A stretch of DNA of 64,000 nucleotides from Lama guanicoe (Eukaryota): assembly GCA_013239625.1 (NCBI GenBank), contig MU053379.1, positions 2,090,866 through 2,154,865 of the forward strand, written 5' to 3'. The stretch's first letter is position 1; every line of letters begins with the position of its first letter. The notes beneath the pieces were generated by a model. It had not been told where the DNA came from and ran no database searches. It saw nothing but the letters and a program-made list of their open reading frames with translations. Positions 25,093 through 36,960 of the stretch are shown here, piece by piece. Both the position numbers and the translations under genes were made by a program.

Positions 25093-26839
25093 AAACTTAA
25101 CTGGTTTCTTCCACATCCTGAAGTCTGTGAGTCTTGTGCTCTTGCGAAAAAAAAAGAGAATGATTCTGCAGCGGCCCTGGAGCGGTCCCGGGAGTGGGTT
25201 CCTTTGTGCAGTGGAGGTAGGAGAAGGGAAGCGAGTGAGCTGGTCTCTGAGATGGGCGGCCCACATGAGTGGAAGCCCTTCGTCCGAAGCGACTTCACCT
25301 GGGAACAGGCGGCTGGCGCGCAGAAGGCGCGGAAACACCTACAACCGGCATCACCTGTGATCTCTGGACGCTACGTTTGGCGGTTTATTCCTCGCGCAAA
25401 GCAAACGACTGTGTCTTTCCCGCACAATTTTTTTTAACTGCAAAGTTAAGCCCTTATCCTAGAAATGCACGTACAATCATCAGTACCTACAGTCCTCTGT
25501 CGAGGGGACGCATAGCACCTGTGAGCGCACCCCTCGGGGAGGAACCATGATGAAACACAGCGCGGTCCTGGCCGTGCGGGGCGGTGGGCGCAGAGCAGCT
25601 CCGGAGTCAGACACCCACAGCCCCAGGTGGAGCGCCGGGAAATGGGAGGTCAGGGAGAAAGGAAGGGAGGGATTGACTCGGCCTGGGCATCGCGGAAGGG
25701 CTGGTGCAGGGGCCAGCTGGGAGCAGCCCCTGAGGGACGGTCTCAGTGGCAACATGTTACAAAGGTGGATATTTGAGCAGAGAAGAATCAGAGCCGTAGA
25801 AACCAGCCAGGAGGACCCGGAGCAGGAATCGGCGCGCGGGGAGCCCCGAGAACGCCAGGCGGGGGCGTCAGCAGTTACTCAGAGCTCAAGAGGGAGCTGG
25901 CAAGACTTCTGACAACTCTTCTGGTGGGGGGAAGGAAGCCCCCCGAGCTGGTGGTTCTAAGCATCCAGTGAGATGTGACCGGGGCCGAAGTGGCTGAGGG
26001 ATGAGAAAGGAGGGTTGTAATGGAGGAAGAAGCCAAGTGAGTGAATGAAGGAGACAGAGGAGCGGGAGGGGAGCCCGCGGGGTGGACTCCACGCTAACGC
26101 CCCATCAGGGAGCCCGAGCTGGAGGGACCCGGCAGGGAGGGCGCACAGCTCCTGGCCAGTCTGGGCAAACCGCCCGCAGAGCCTGAGTGCTGAGTTGGGT
26201 CCCCTGCCCTGGGACTCCCGGCCCGATGAGACGGGATGCCGGGGCACCCCCCACGGCCACACCTGTCGCCTTGAGGTACCAGCACCTCCATCTTAGGGGC
26301 TCCTCAGGGCCGTGTGAGGTTTAGCTGTTCAGTCGAGACCGAGGGTACCGAGGTTTCCAAGTCAAAATGCCCTCGGGAGGGCTCCTGTGGCCGCGTCTTG
26401 CCGGTCAGTGGGGCCCGTGGCCCACGCTGAGGCCGTGCTGCCCCTCCAAGGCTGAGCAAGGAAGTGCGGCTGCTGGAGCCGCTGGGAAGAGGGACCCTGT
26501 CCTGCAAGGTGAGGCTGTCTGAGCGGGGCCGCCAGGAGGGAGCTGGCTGCTTACTGACACTCAGCAGCTTACCTTCTGGGTCAGGAATGGGTGCAGGCAG
26601 ACCACACACCGCCCAGCCGCAGGGTGCGCGTGTCTTGTCTTCTTACAAATCACCTTTCAGGCCAACAAACGAGTGACCTGGAGGGTTCACTGTGTAGAAT
26701 TTCATCGTCTCTTTCTATTCAATCTCACCCCCGCTGACTCTCTCTACCCCAGGATTCAAAGCTGCACTGAGGATGGGCAGTGGGTTTTGGGAGGGTGACC
26801 CTCCCTCCCCACTGCAAAACCTCCATAGCCTCCCAGACT

Positions 26840-26972
26840 CCAGGCTCGAAAACTGGGTACCAAGAACCTAATTTAGCCTGAGATCATCGTGATATTTTTA
26901 AAAATCAGAATATTTTACATAAAACTCTGGATTCGGGCATCTCTTTAAAAATAGGGCTTTTTGGCAACATGG
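26840..26972. mobile_element. MER103-like hAT DNA element fragment
   Basis: tttaaaaatcagaatattttacataaaactctggatt...tttggcaac. Confidence 0.55.
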
Positions 26973-27293
26973 AGAGATCTGAGTGGTACAGCCTTTGGGA
27001 AGGAGATGGAAGCCACCCCTCCTCCCTGTGTGGCCCCCAGGGCATGTAGGTTGGGACCCCTAGGTCTTATCAAGAGCCTTTAATTCAAGGGAACATGGAG
27101 CCCCCTCCCCACTCCTGCCCCACACGGAGGAAGAGATGCTGAGAAGCAGTGTGCCCCGGCTTGGGGTGGGCGGGAGAGGCCGAGCCCCGGAGGAGGGGGA
27201 AGCTGAGGACAGACTGAGCTCGGGACCTCGGGGGTCACGGCCGCGCCCCTTCCAGGGGAGTCCCAACTCACCTGTGCTTTTGCTTCTCCGCAG

Positions 27294-27378
27294 CGCCTGC
27301 ACCTCAGTGAGGATGTGGCTGGGGCCACGTTCATGGCGGCGGGCAGTTCGGCCCCAGAGCTGTTCACGTCGGTCATAG
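27294..27378 (+). CDS. SLC24A3: SLC24A3 coding exon (85 nt; likely exon 5): [28 protein letters not shown](G), alpha-1 repeat
   Basis: Acceptor tgcttttgcttctccgcag|CGC, donor ATAG|gtaggt, in frame with the previous exon. SSAPELFTS matches NCKX3; NCKX4 has SSTPELFAS as I recall. Confidence 0.96.
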
Positions 27379-27681
27379 GTAGGTGCCGACCTGGGGAACA
27401 TCTCAGCCCTGCTTTCTCTGCAGGACAACAACCCTGAGACCCCAGGGGGCAGAATACCCTCCCGCTGTGGTTGCTGTTCTGGTTTTATTAAAGTGATGCT
27501 TTTACTTTGCATGAGTGGGGAGGTGCCAGTGGTCCCCAGTGCATATTGGAGAGCTCCCTCCAGTCCCTCGACTGTTTCCTGTAGACCCTGAGAACAGCCT
27601 AACTAACGCTTACAAAACCTCCCCCGCGCCCGCCTGGGCTGCAGCCCCCGCGCCAGCCAGCGACGCTGCTCTGTGTTTCAG

Positions 27682-27785
27682 GCGTCTTCATCACCAAGGG
27701 CGACGTGGGAGTGGGGACCATCGTGGGCTCTGCCGTCTTCAATATCCTGTGCATCATCGGCGTCTGCGGGCTCTTCGCCGGGCAG
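27682..27785 (+). CDS. SLC24A3: SLC24A3 coding exon (104 nt; likely exon 6): (G)VFITKGDVGVGTIVGSAVFNILCIIGVCGLFAGQ
   Basis: Acceptor ctctgtgtttcag|GC, donor CAG|gtaaga. The phase-1 junction completes a Gly codon (G|GC). ITKGD is NCKX3-type (NCKX4: ITHGD), and the GTIVGSAVFN alpha-1 motif is present. Confidence 0.96.
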
Positions 27786-30154
27786 GTAAGACTGTCGGCA
27801 GGACGTGGCCTCGGGGAGGAGCAGCATGGAGGTGAGGCAGGGGCGCCCGGCGTGGGGCCCGGTGGCCTCGGGCGGACGCGGGGTCTCCCACGCCGGGGGC
27901 TGGCCTCGCGGGGACTGGAAACCCCGGCGCCATGGCTTGGTCTCTGTGCTGATGGGACGTGGAGCGACCAAGCCACGTAAATAAGGGACCAGCCCAGAGA
28001 GGCAGCCTGTGAATCTGAACGTGTCACACTCGTTTCGATATGTTACTGACGCAAATCGGAATGCCCTGGAACAACCTTAGGAGTGGAGATCGAGTAACGG
28101 AGGGAGAGCCAGGAAACAGCGGGCTGCTTTCTGCTTAAGACGGTTGGCGGTCGTCAGTCTGGGACGCGTTCTCTCTTTTCACAACCGTCAAGCACTTGAC
28201 CTACAAAAAAAAAGATAAATTATTTAACAGTGATGCTTACCTAGCAAATATGTTGATCCTAAGGAATTATTAGTAAATATTATAAAATGTTTTCTTTTGT
28301 CTCGTAAACAGGGATGAATTGAAAGATTATAATAATACGTAGTCAGTACCCAAATTTACAGCTCAGTGATGACTAGATTTAAGCATATGCAGTATGCCTT
28401 TTAACCACGTAATCCATTAACAGTCTATTAGCTCTTCTTTTAATGGATAGTTTATTTAATTTTGCTTACAGATCTTGAATTTGTTGAATTCCATTATTAC
28501 AGTGTATAGTGATTTGTTCATATGAAGAATAATTACATTGGCTCTTTTTTTATGGTGTTTGAAAATAAATCCCTCATTCTCCACTTAAAGCATTTGACTT
28601 ACACGTCCACTTTAGCTGACTTTGGGGGTTCTGAGGGGTTTTTTTGCCTGCCTGCATTTTATCTGTGGAGACCATTTCACTTATGGGAGGTGCGTGGGCC
28701 CGTGTCTGTCTTGTGCTGCCTTGGGAAGTCTTGGGAAGACACTGGATGTCACCAGAGTGTGTGGCTGCCCGGCCCCCGTGGCACTGCACCGACAGCCAGG
28801 GGTGTTCAGATTGCAGCCGTCCCACCAGCTCTGATGCCTTAGTTTCTTTGTAGGAATATTATTCGGAAACACAGTCCTGAGCTCTCTGCCCAAACCCCCA
28901 GGGCTGTATCTTCTAGGAAAAGCAACTTCTAGTCGCCCACTGTGGGTCCTTGCTTGCAGTATTACGGAACCTGGTGATCCAACCAGCTCCCTCGCTTGGA
29001 GGCCGCCGGGTCCTGCTAGAAGTGGCAGGTTGGCTTGCAGGGTGAAGCACAGCTCCTGGGAGCCCTCTCACACACCGTTTTCCAGACCCCATCGTGCAGT
29101 CGGCCGGCCAGGGGCCCCCAGAGCTGCCCATCTCTAGTGCAGACAAGAGACCCTCTAAGGCAGCGTGCGCCCCGGCACCCCTGCCCACCTCACCACCCTC
29201 TTCATGCCGACTGGCTTGTCTGGGTTGCCTGGTGGCTTCGTTGCTTCTGGCCACCGGGTAGGGGGACACTTTGCTCTCAGTAGGAGTCAGCTCTAGAGCC
29301 TGCAGGTAGATGGTTACCTCTGAGAAGAGGTGCCGGGACATCGGTGGTGACGGTGGGCCACCCAGCTTGCTAGGCTGTACAGTGTCTTTCTCCATCCTTT
29401 TGGCCGGTTATCTCGTCTTAGATCTTGTGGACCCACAATGTGGCGTTTGCACATCTCCTGTAAAGGGAGCGAGTACCAAAAAAAGTGCCCATCTTTGCCT
29501 TCGAGGCGGTTTGTGCTTCCCTGGCTCTCGGCTGTGCCGGCCGCCTTCTCCTCGCCTTCCGGAGATGAGTAGTCACGCTCTGCAGGCGCGCCCCGGCTGT
29601 TCGCACTCCCCTAATCAGCACCGTCGCCATCAGCAGTGTGCGTGTTAGCCCGGCTGTTACTAGTGTTGCCATCGGTTCGTTAGTCATTTGTACCTGAAGC
29701 TTGATGCAGAGTCAGGCCCAGAGGGGGAGAAATAATGTAAAGAAGTCAAACAAATGACTGGGAAGTACCTAGGAAATGCCATGCAGCTAATTACCTAGGC
29801 GGTGGGTGGAATGAGCTTGCGTTTCATCATTTATTAGCCAGGCAGTTAATCACTGGCTTGGTTAAACACCTGCACAGAGCACAGACTGCTTCCTGAGCCC
29901 TGGCAAGTGCTGCCCTCAGTCACTTCACTCCCTACAAGGTCTGTGCAAGCTCATCCCACACAATCGTGGGGAGAAGTGCTCACCACAGTGTTAGAAGTAG
30001 CCCACGCGGTGATTCTGGGGGCCAGCCCCTCCATCTGACTTTCCCTGCCCTGTGCCCACTTGGAGAGTTCCCAGGCCAGGCAGCTCTCTTCTTCGGGCCT
30101 TTGCAGAATCCCAGAAGTCTTTGCAGAGGGAGAAAAATGATGTTTTAGAAAGAT

Positions 30155-30375
30155 CGTGAGCTTGGGAGTCAGACTAGCCTGGGTTTGAATCCTGACCTGC
30201 CATCCGCTGGCTGTGGAGCCTTGGAGAAGTTACTTCACCTCTCTAAGCCTCAGTTTTCTCATCTATCAAGTGGGTACAAGTGCACCTACCTCCTGGCATC
30301 ACTGGAAGGATGGCACATAGCTTGTTCAGCATTAGGTAGCACCTGGCCCACGTGGTAAACCCTCGGTAAAAGTTC
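30155..30375 (+). mobile_element. MIR SINE
   Basis: ggagtcagactagcctgggtttgaatcctg...aagttacttcacctctctaagcctcagttttctcatct. Confidence 0.85.
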
Positions 30376-31560
30376 GACTCCATCATCAGCGATCAGAAGA
30401 ATAACATCCCCTGGGGTCCCTGCCTCCGGATTCCACGCTCGGTCACTGTGGTAACGTGACCTAACAGTTGGCAGAACTTATTAACTAGAGGAACAGCCAG
30501 CCACAGGGCGCCCGGTGGGGAGGGAAGGGAAGGTCAGGGAGATGGTCTTCTAAACGAGCATCAGGATGAGGAGATGCTGATAGAAGAACGGACTCAGAGG
30601 ACCATCCTCACCTCTGTGCTGTCTGATCCGTGGTAGGACAGGAAAACGCTGCGAGAAACCAGCACCGCCTTCCCCACTGAGAAGGCCTCCCAGGCGGCGG
30701 GGCCCACAGTGAAGGGTGGATGTTGGGGACTGAACTGGTGAATAAATCCAGAAACGGGTCTCACTTAGCACCGTTATTTATGTCGCTGCGCACTTGCATT
30801 TGCTGCGAGACCTTACCCGCATGCGCCCACCGGCCCCTCTCTAACACATTCCGGCGTCGGGGCTGCTCGTGACCAAGTCGGTTACCCATCTGAAATTAAA
30901 GTAATTAGGCCATAAGTTTTGAGTTCCTGTCTCAATTAGGGTTTGATGAATTCGGTGCAATTAAATGTCTGCTGTCTTTGCAGTTTGCAAACATAGCCGG
31001 AGCCTGGTCTCCCCCCAGGTGCTTTGGGGAGTGTTAGGGGACAAGAAGGAAATTGCTTCTTAGAAAGTGGCTTCTGGCGCGGTTCTCGGCATCCTCGCAG
31101 GATGTTTACAGGGCTGTGGTACTTCAAGTTTTCTCTGTTTAAGAACAAAAAAAATAGTAACAGAGAACACTGAGCTGTGGAGGCAACATGCTAATGTATT
31201 CTGCATCTCACATTAAAAGAACTTCCTGGCAGTTTTGTAAGACAATGAACTCAGGCACTTAAATCTACCGTTCCAAGTACGCTAGGCTTTAAAGACACAG
31301 CCACAAACTACAGCAAGCAGTGTAACAGGCCCAGAGTAGGACTTTGGCGCTCCGCTTACCACAGGCCGGCTGATGGGTCCAGCTGATGATAAGGAACTTC
31401 AGCGTCCGCTGTCCTGGCATCCCCGACGTGTGCCTGGTGTTCTTCCGTGCGGTCCATCTGGTTTTGGCTGGGTTTGCCTTTCTTCAGTCAACACCCTGGC
31501 CACGCTGGCCCCTTTACAAACCCGGGCAGCACCGGGAGGTCATGCCTCTGGGCTGAGACC

Positions 31561-31993
31561 TGCCTTTGACTGGGTTTCCCCAGAGGGAGAATCTAAGCAA
31601 CAATTCAAGTTCGAGTAGTTTATATAAAAGGTGATCCCAGGGCACGCCAGCCGGGAAGTGGGCAGGTGAGACACACAAGAGAAAGCGGACGAGGAAACTG
31701 TGGCAGCAGCAAGTCACCACTGGGGGCACTGGGATGACTGCTTCTGGGGCAGCTGGGAGGCCCCGTAGAACGCGGGCCTCAAAGTGATCTCCTCCAAGGT
31801 GGGGGGGCAGCAGGGGGATTGATCCCTCAGCCTCCGCAGTCATTTTGAGGGACATCACTTCTCCGACATCCCAGCTCGCTGGGCACAGGCAGGATGGGCC
31901 TTAGGGCAAAGAGACACAGGGGCTGGCTGTTGGAAGGACCTGCAATGGTAAAAGGTGGGGAGCTCTCAGGGGGTCCCACAAAGCATTGCTACA
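31561..31993 (-). mobile_element. LTR16-like ERVL solo LTR
   Basis: ttcaagttcgagtagtttatataaaaggtgatcccagg...agtgggcaggtgagaca, ending agcattgctaca. Confidence 0.65.
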
Positions 31994-32809
31994 AACTCAA
32001 AACCAAGCCTTTAAGCATCAGCCATCTGGTGGGGTCTCGCCTCCAACTCCCTGGGAGGAAACACAAGCCTCAGGGTGAGGCTGACCCCCAGGAGCCCAGC
32101 TGGCACTTGGGGAACATCCTTAGGGTTCCGGATAACAGCTGCCATTCTAGGCACTTTCTGCTTCCACGCAGGATGCGGGAGACCTTGCTCCCATGGGAGC
32201 ACCAAAAGAGATCCGGATAATATGAAACTCATACTTATATATGGGGGTCCCAAGGAACAGTGGAGACCAGAAAGGCTTGTCGAACTGATTTCAGGAGAAA
32301 GGAGCCCATCGTAAGTGAGCTGTGAGCCCCGGGGGGTCCGGATGCAGGACCCAGAACTTCTCTAGGTGGAGACCAGCCCGCTGAGCGACCGGCAAGGGTG
32401 GAAAGGGGCGGGATGTACTGGAGTCTGGAAGACCGAGGGCAGTAATGATGTGCTCAGCATGGCTGTCCTCTCCGCCCACCCCAGATTTGCTGAGAAAAAA
32501 TAAAAGTGAAGGCAGGACTGATGAACAGAAAGAAACCAGCCCATCTGCCCCGTCTCCCACATTCTCCTGATGCCTGATATTAAGGGACCCAGAGGGGTTC
32601 CATGGAATCCGAAGTAAGCCCCGATAAGAGCTGAGAGCCTGGCCCTTCCTTGGGAAGCTGGGTGGGGTTGGGCTGAGCCGAGGGGGCTGAACCCAGACTG
32701 AAATCTGAGTAGTCATCTCCTCTCTTTAGCCAACGGATAAGAGAAGAACTCAGAATTCCCACCAGGAAAAGCCAGTCTTATTCCTCAGTTCTCACCCTTC
32801 CATTCATAA

Positions 32810-33040
32810 TTCCCAGTATGTAATAATAAATTACAGAACCAGCGGAGAGGCAGGAATAGAACTGGTGACCAAGGAAAAACAGCAGAAGCAATCCACAGGT
32901 GAGCCAGCTACAAGGAGCTACAGGAAGGAATCTAAAACATCTGTCTTCAACAGGGAAAGGTGGTTCCCATCTGTAAACGAGTGGATGGGTGATTTCAGTA
33001 GAGAAATGGAAGAAATAAGAAAAACCACTTAGACGTTACA
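32810..33040 (+). mobile_element. Ancient L1 ORF1-region remnant
   Basis: gatgggtgatttcagtagagaaatggaagaaataagaaaaacca resembles old L1M ORF1 coiled-coil sequence. Confidence 0.5.
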
Positions 33041-33054
33041 TATTTTTTAAAAAT

Positions 33055-33265
33055 AATGTTGCCATTTATTAAGCATCTCCAAAGTGTAGGTACCACACTA
33101 GATGCTTTATAAATATTTGTAGAAATATCTCCACTGAATTTTAAGATAGTATGAGCCTCATTTATAGACAGGGAATTGAGTACCTGGGGGCAGGGGGTAC
33201 CATGGAGCAGTTAAGCCTGGATTTGAGCCTACAGCTGCTGACTATAAAATCCATTCTCTTTCCAC
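33055..33265 (-). mobile_element. MIR SINE
   Basis: ccatttattaagcatc...ctcatttatagacagggaattgag...ctggatttgagcc. Confidence 0.65.
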
Positions 33266-33799
33266 GTGGAGAAATTATGACTTAATCTCCAGATGTTATT
33301 ATTGAGGTCTTATCATTATCCCTTCGCTTGTATGTGTTCCTTAGAAGTGTGGAGTGTAGGAGCTGGGGGCAAAGCAAAGAATGGACATACCAGCACGATG
33401 GTGGTGACCCCGGCTGGGTGGGGAGGTACTCAGCCCACCCATGTCTCAGCTAGAAGCTTCCCTTGTAATCAGATGGCATCATCTACTGCTGGGCTTACAC
33501 TTCCACCAAACGGAGGGGCCACTCGGGCTAAGAAACACGGTGCAAGGTCCACAGACCACCCCAGTTACCCGTACACCTGGGTTCCTGGCTTATTGTTCCC
33601 CAGACAAAACCCGACGTGTCACCTGTTATGTTCCAGTTCTGAGAAGCATCCAGTTTCCCCAAGGGGCTGGGGACTGAGGGCAGACGAGGCTGGAAACTAT
33701 ACACTGTTAGTTGTCAAACCTCCCACCCAGGGTACTGATCCATGGCTTGTGTCCTGAGGGGAAATGTTGATTATATTCCCACTTTAGGCAGTAAGTCCA

Positions 33800-34150
33800 C
33801 TCATTGATTCAACAATGTTTTCTGAGTGTCTCCTGTGTACCAGGCACTGGAAAGACACTGGTGAAAAAAGCACACAGTCCCAGAGCAGGCTGTGGGACAT
33901 TAAATATCCAACAAAAATGGTAGATTGGCAGAGGGGTGGATGGGAGGAAGGAAGGAAGGATGGGAGGATGGATGGGTGGAGAGAGGGACAGAGAGAGCTG
34001 GAGCTAGTGCGACAGTGAAATGGGGAAATGGTGTGTGTGCCAGGAGGCGGTCAGTGCTGTGAAGAAAAATGAAGCCCGGTAAGGATTACGAACAGTGGAT
34101 GGGAGCAGAGATACTGATTTTTAAAGCGTTTCCAGGGAAGGTCCCTCTGC
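33800..34150 (-). mobile_element. L2 3' fragment
   Basis: cattgattcaacaatgttttctgagtgtctcctgtgtaccaggcactgg...gtgctgtgaagaaaaatgaagc. Confidence 0.65.
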
Positions 34151-34954
34151 AAGTATTCTCAGTTTAATAGAGTGAGAAAATACTACTAAATTCCACTCTG
34201 TAAAGAATATGGCGCCAAATAAATTTTTTTTTAATTTTTTGAAGACTCTTTCCAGGCGCTGTTTCAAACATTTGAGTTACTCTTTGAGCGAAGGGCACAT
34301 TGCCCCCAGGACACTGGAAAGGGCTGGTGTGCTAACCTGACAAGCCAGAGTAAGGAAAGGGCAGTGCCGAGGGCAACAGGAAGAGATGTGTGTGGGGACC
34401 ACCGCCATCCGGGCAGTGATGGAAAGCATGGGCGGTACGAGAGTGAGGGGCTCTCTCTTCTGGGAGACACTTGTGGTGCCAGGCTGTCAGCGCCCCAGGA
34501 GCCCGGCCTGTCTCTGCCTGTTTCCCACCGTATCCACAGCACCAAGGGTGTCCACCGCATACGGTATGGATATCAATCTTTGATAAATGACTGAGTGATT
34601 CGATAAGACATTTATTCCCTCCTGAGCCTGAATCTCCAAGAGAAAGAAACAATAGTCCTTAACCTTTCCAGGCAGGATGCAGACCATCTGGGACAAGCAG
34701 CTCGGGTACCAGATGTCTGGCTTTTGCAGGCGAGGTGAGACGGAGCAGCGGTGCCTCCCCCCACTCCAGCCGGGGGCGCCCCCTGTGCACAGCAGCAAGG
34801 GGGGCTCCTCCTCTCCTGCAGTGGAGATGGGGAGGGCCGCTCCCCGGGAGCCGGGAAAGAAACAGCTTCTCGCGCTTTATTGCTTTGTGATTTTTTTCCC
34901 CAAGATCAAGCTGTGGCTGCACGTGGGGCACGGAAAATTAGAATTAGGGTCCTC

Positions 34955-35405
34955 CCTAGAAATGATTATACTAAGTGAAGTCAGTCAGACAGAGAAAGAC
35001 AAATATCATTCAATGTCATTTATATGTGGAATCCTAAAAAAAAAATTCACATTTTATTTACAATCCAAAAATAGACTCACGGACGTAGAAAACAAACTGT
35101 GGTTACCATGAGGGAAAGGTCGGGGGTGGGGGGGGTGGATTAGGAGTTGGGGATTAACAGAAACACATTGCTACATATGAAACAGATAAACCACAGGGCG
35201 TACGGTAGAGCACAGGGAACTGGATTCAATTTCTGGTAATGAGCCGTAAGGGAAAAGAATGTGAAAAAGTATGTATGGGCGTGTATGTATGGCTGAATTG
35301 CTTTGCTGCACACCTGAAACTAACACTGTAAATCGACCACACTTCAATAAAAAATAAGAAATAAAGTAAAATATTAAAAAATAAAGCAAATGTTAAAGAA
35401 AAAAA
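34955..35405 (+). mobile_element. Truncated L1 (ORF2 end, 3' UTR, polyA) with TSD
   Basis: ctagaaatgattatactaagtgaagtcagtcagacagagaaagac (LEMIILSEVSQTEKDKYH) and a long A tail. TSD-like ttagggtcctc / ttaggtcctc. Confidence 0.92.
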
Positions 35406-36229
35406 AAGTTAGGTCCTCGATGTGGCCGCCAGCAGCTGGGAGGCTGAAGGGCTAGGTCAGCGTCAGGGAGCATCAGACCCCTGGCTGTCACCTCTGTAAG
35501 ATCTGGGTCGTTGTACACGGAACGTATTTCCCCCTCTTGCTCTGCCTTTGGTCACTGCAACATGCGGCTTCTAAAAACATGTGTCCCAGCATCTCCTTGG
35601 CATCTTCGCTTTTTTTCCCCTTTTAGTTTTTGTGGATTTTTTTTGACAATATTCACCTTTCTTCTGCTCCCTGTCTTTTTTATTTTACTATTTATTTCTA
35701 TTTTAAATTAAAGACACGTTTAGTATTAGTAGCTCATCTTTGGGATTTCAGCTGAGTTAATACAAACTTATATGTATTAAGTCTTTTTAAATCTGTATGT
35801 CAACCCCATGGTGTAGGTACCGGTTTTCTGATTTTACACATGAGAGAATAGAGCCCAGAGAGGGAGGGACAGAGACTCCCCCAGACCACACATCCAGGAA
35901 CAGCAGAGCGGGGGCTCAGCACAGGCAAGCTTGTTCCAGAACGTGTGCCCTTAGTCTCTGCAGGATGCTGTAAACCCGCACAGAGCGGCCTCCCACGTGG
36001 AAGGCCATAGGAGAGCAGGTCTCGTGGGGGAAGGAAGAGCTCGTCGGGGTTGGCCAGACGGCTCCTCTCCCTGGTCTGGAAGTCTGCACGCACGGGGCAT
36101 CCCTGAGCCTTTCTGTTCTAGAACCTTTTACAGGAAGTGCTGAGACGGCTGACGGGGGCGTTGTCTCCCAGTGAGCAACGGACGGTGTCTCCTTAGGGCG
36201 CTGAGACTCTGACCTGAGCTGCTCACATA

Positions 36230-36960
36230 CGCGCCCTGGTGATGGGGGCGCCGGTGTGCGCGCCCTGGTGACGGGGGCGCTGGGGTGTGTGTGTGTGGCT
36301 CGATGGATTCTCAGGCCCTTTCTCATTCCAGTTTCAAAGCCCAGCAGAGCGCGGCGCTGCGCGGGTCCCGTAGCGGCCGGGGCTGCCCCTGGCTGACTTG
36401 TCCAGGCCCCTCTGCATTGGCCTCTATTCCCTCTTCTAGGGAAGCCAACTGCTTCAGGGACGAGGAGGAAAGATTGAGGGGCGGCCACCTGGGCTCTCAT
36501 TCGCACAAGGGAGGCAACGCTCAGGCGTGTCGCTCAGGCGTTTGGTTTCCTTTTTGGAAACACGTCCTTCCAGCATCCTTGGGCGGCTTGGTTTTCTGGG
36601 ACCGCCCGTCAGGCCCCCACGAGCCTCCCCGAGTGAAGCCCCGTGCTCTGCGCTCAGAGCTGGGAGTCCGGCTGGGGCGGGAGTACGCCCTTTCCCCGAC
36701 GCGGTGGGCCGTCTCCCGCCCTCCCAGCCTCACCCTGGCCCTGGCCCTGGCCCTGGCCCTGGTCTCCAGGCTGTGCCAGCTCCACCTCGGCAAACCCCAC
36801 TGTGATCTCGAAGCAGAAGAATCCTTAGGGATAGTCAGGTCTCTGGCCCTGACTGGGCCGGGCCTGGGGCTGAGATCCTGTGCGGTTTTGGTCCGCGGAC
36901 TCTTGGCCGCACCGCAGCGTCTGCCCCCGTCCACGCCCGGCTGTGGGGCCAGGCCATGCA
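36230..36960. promoter_or_regulatory. Intronic CpG-island-like segment with GC box
   Basis: Hand count of about 40 CpG in 36230-36720, high GC, and ggggcggg at about 36674. Function not shown. Confidence 0.5.
36733..36762. repeat. (CCCTGG)5 hexamer repeat
   Basis: ccctggccctggccctggccctggccctgg. Confidence 0.95.

Noticed and set aside
27379..27388. Tandem donor gtag|gtgccg 4 nt downstream of the 85-nt exon
   Set aside because: The second donor is weak and would frameshift. GTAGGT is a common ordinary donor.
24165..27785. Assignment to the paralogue SLC24A4 (NCKX4)
   Set aside because: SSAPELFTS and ITKGD match NCKX3, whereas NCKX4 has SSTPELFAS and ITHGD (from recall).
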